Positions 60,485 through 64,000 of a stretch of 64,000 bases of DNA are shown piece after piece. The stretch lies in the NCBI GenBank assembly GCA_964016885.1, contig OZ024740.1, positions 244,590,001 through 244,654,000 of the forward strand. The letters run 5' to 3'. The stretch's first letter is position 1. The number at the start of each line of letters is the position of its first letter. Both the position numbers and the translations under genes were made by a program. The notes under the pieces are model-generated. The model did no database searches. It saw only the letters and a program-made list of their open reading frames with translations, and was not told where the DNA came from. This DNA is from Eledone cirrhosa (taxonomy: Eukaryota).

Positions 60485-63250
60485 ATGATTTCTTTATTAT
60501 TGGTCACAAGGGTCGAACATAGAAGACAAAACAAAGACGGTGAAAACGGGGATTTATATCTCAATTGAAACCCTATCTTGATACGATCTGGATGTCCACA
60601 GAGGATCATTCTGGAAGTCCATACAGAACCTGTGAAACAGTTTGAAACGTCTGAGCAGGTTTGTGAGGCTTTTACACCCTCCTCCCCTACCCACTACACT
60701 CTCCTCCCACACAGTCACATCCCAGATCCCGTTCCACTCGCCCACTAACACTAAAGATCGGGACGTTCCTAGAAAAGGATCCAATCGCCGGAAGATATCA
60801 GGCCGTCATGCTCCTGTCGAGGCACAGACGGCCACCAGCCTGAAAGTGCGCCCTTCTCCACTAGTCACGTCCAGCATCACCAACCTACCTTCTGGGTCCA
60901 AGAAGATGGCCCGTATCTCGAGATCCAGATCTCTCCGACATAACACAGCTACTCCGCCTCCAGATCCAGGACAGCTTGGGGATGCGTACACCTGTAACCT
61001 GCCGAAAATGGGCGAGAAAGCTAGGTTCTGATCTCGCTGATGGCCACCACATCAATGTTCAGAGACATGAGGTCGTTGAGCAGGTAGCCCTGCTTCAAAG
61101 TTGACCCCAGGCCAACTGCATTTATGCTGCCTATTCTGAGAGAGGCCATTCTTGATAAGGTGGGAAGAAACAAGTGAGAGAGAGAGAGAGACTTACCTTT
61201 CGCTTTTGGGGGGGAGATGGGTGAATCATCCCCCCGGCTCGGTGTGGGTTTCTCTACAAGAATATCAGAATATATTCTCTTTGAGAAGTTACCTCTATAG
61301 CCTTCAACTGCTTCGGGGAATTTAGGTTTTAAAAGTGTGTGTCTTTTGTGTGATTTTAATTTTTTTATGTGTGATGGTGATGCAATTTTTTGTAGTTGTA
61401 CACAACTTGTCTGTGTAATGTCGGTGTTGTGTTGTAAGTAATTTAATAGGTTTTGGTTGTTTATGTCTATTGCTGTGTATTGCGTGTGCAGTTTTGTTGG
61501 TGTGTTTGGTGTATGCTGTGGTGTTGCTGTAGGTGGTGATGGAGTTGGTTCCTATGATGTTGTTGGTGGTGTTTGTATAAGTAAGTGGTAGTGGTGGCGT
61601 GGGTGTTTGTGGTGGTGGTAGTGTGGGTGTTGTTGTTGGTGATGGTTGTGTGGATGGTGGTACTGAGTGTTTGACCTTTTTTGTTTTGCGCACGAAGGGT
61701 ATGAATTTTTTTCTTTTGGCTTTCCTCGAGGCGACGGTTTGCCACACCTCAAGCTTCATCACGCTCAGTGTCGAACTGTGTGATGTCAGGGAGAGGAAAT
61801 GTTTGCATTAGCGTTTGTGATTTTGTTGGTGGGGGAGGTAGTGGTTTTGTTTTTGAAGTTTTTGGTGCTGGTGCTAGTGCTGATGTTGGTGCCAGGGCTT
61901 TTGCAGCTACAGTTGCCGCAGACGGTTGTGTTGTTCACATTATGGGATCTGGCGGAGGGAGGAGAGGGACCTTGTTTCCACCTTATTTGGGTTTGGGCAG
62001 AAAGTTTTTAGGCTTTGTTCCCAAATTCGAAGCATCTTGGCTACCCTCGACAACCACATGTAGGTGGGTATTTTCGTCGCGGATGACCTCTGTTTCTTTT
62101 TTTCGGTCCATTTGGATTAGGAGCTCCATCCCCGATCCTATCCAGTCTTCTTATTTCATCTTGTTGATGTCCAAGATCGAATGACTTTCCTCAACATGGT
62201 CGAGGACAGCTGCCATCAGCCATGGAATGGCTGTTCCGGGTGGAACTTGGGTTACGCGAACTCGGGCAACATTTTCTCCACAGTAGGTTGGCACCATTGT
62301 TAATTCTTCATTTCCATGTGATGGAATGGGCCCTAGCTTCTTGTGAGTTTGTGAAGAAAACATCAATTGCCCCATATTTGGTCCTGCGGGCTATGTGTGT
62401 TTTACGTGCCCACACGGCACCCATAAGCCTTTCAGACCTGGGACTCGTTCGCACTACGGTACGAAACCATGCACATACGTTTGTTCTTCATGAAATCGGG
62501 TGGAGGAGCAAGCCTGACCCTGTGGCCATTCTTCTCCGCCAGTGATTTGGCCTCCTTCATTTCGTCCTCGCTGACGTAAACTGTTTCTACGGTTTTGGCC
62601 GCCTTCGCGAAAGATGTGCAGTTGTTGCTGTTACGGTTGTTGCTACTGCTGCCGTTGTTGCTGCTGCTGTTGTTGTTTCTGTTGTTATTTTCTTGCTGGT
62701 GGTGATAGTGTTGGCGTTGTCTTTGTTGTTGTTGCTGCTACTGCTGCTGCTGCAACTGTTGTTATTGGTGGTGGTGATATTGTTGTTGTTGCTTTTTGTG
62801 ATCATTTATGATTTCACGTCACTTTTTGTAGTTGTAGTGGTCGCGGTGGTGATATCAATGATGTTGTTGTTGCTCCTTGTGTGTAGTTTGATGTCCTGCA
62901 TATCTTGTGTTGGCTACTTACATTAGTTACATTACAGATGTGTGTTGGTGTTGTGTTAAGTGTTGTTGTTGTGGTGGTGATGGTGGGGGTGGTAATGATA
63001 TTCCCCCACTTCCGTGTCACGTGCTAATACTTCCTTGCAGTCTTGGTATGACGTGGATGGGGAGCTGCGGCCTTTTTTGTTTCACGAAAAAAATAACCTC
63101 GTGGGTAAAAATACGATACGGGCTTCAAATATTTGGGTCAATAGACCCAAATATTGAGGGATCTACTTCCTTGGGGATAAAGACTGGTGCCTTATGTCCC
63201 CTTTACAATAAAAATTTCAAATAAAATAGTAATTTAAACGAGTGAAAAGG
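60485..63250 (-). mobile_element. Internally deleted, decayed Tx1-type LINE (copy 4)
   Basis: ORF1 remnants (VPTYCG..VRVTQVPP..IPWL) and APE start at 61149. ORF2 jumps at ~60555 straight to the AATAAAGAAATCATCATT 3' end. Confidence 0.82.
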
Positions 63251-63275
63251 GTTAGACTTACGGGAGTCGGAAACA

Positions 63276-64000
63276 ACACCTGATGAGAGGTATCTTCCAA
63301 GGAGATAGTTTATCCCCTTTATTGTTTGTCCTCACCATATTGCGAAAAGGGTACAAGCTGGGAAGAGGAGAGCTTACAATCAACCACCTCCTCTTCATGG
63401 ACGATCTAAAACTATTTGGGAAAGGTGAGAGGGAGTTGGATATACTTGTTAACACTGTCCGTGTTTTTAGCAATGATATATGTATGGAATTTGGTGTTAA
63501 TAAGTGTGGAGTCTTTGTGATGAAGAGGGGTAAAGTGAACAGAAGCAACAGAATCCAGGCACCAATAGGTGAGATAATAAAGGAAATTAACGCTGAAGAG
63601 GGATACAGGTATTTAGGTCTTCTGGGGGCAGATGACATCAAGAACAATAAAATGAAGAAATTCATAAGATCTGAATACATACTAAAATCACATTTAATTA
63701 GTAAGAATGTCATAAGTGCAGTAAATTTCCGAGCTGTGTTTATTATTGTCAACAGTGTCTACAGTGTGGGAATTCTTAAATGGAACGTTACTGAACAAAA
63801 AGAAATGGTTAGAATGACTAGGAAGCTAATGACTACCTACAACATGTTCCAAAAGGGGAGTGATGTTGATAGACTCTACTTAAAGGGATCTGAAGGCGGA
63901 AGAGGTCTTATCAGCGTAGAGGACTGTGTTCAGATAAAGAAGAACTGTTTACACAAATATGTGTCTGAGAGTAGGGAACCGATTATCAAAGTTGTATTCA
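63276..64000 (+). mobile_element. Decayed R4/Dong-like LINE RT fragment, runs off the window
   Basis: RGIFQGDSLSPLLFV, INHLLFMDDLKLF, YRYLG, DVDRLYL..EGGRGLIS. Homologous to 52370-53079. Confidence 0.88.

Overview
Eukaryotic, AT-rich, microsatellite-dense DNA with no confidently identifiable host gene. The SINE families and repeat landscape resemble an octopus-like cephalopod (inference). The window is mostly non-LTR retroelements: Penelope-like elements (PLEs; a 4.5-kb head-to-head palindrome, an intact Naiad-type copy with pseudo-LTRs, several remnants), four L1/Tx1-type LINEs, four R4/Dong-type RLE LINE fragments, RTE/RTE-X LINEs, a Tigger relic, a non-autonomous Helitron and many SINEs. 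The main hidden signal, folded by eye, is at least five different type I hammerhead ribozyme (HHR) families with variant cores. One sits in a non-coding 525-bp tandem unit that looks like a retrozyme (a possible circular-RNA template). A second signal is a small structured SINE whose internal (TAA)n tract holds about 13.5 kb of nested LINEs. No ribozyme activity, expression or family name has been verified.
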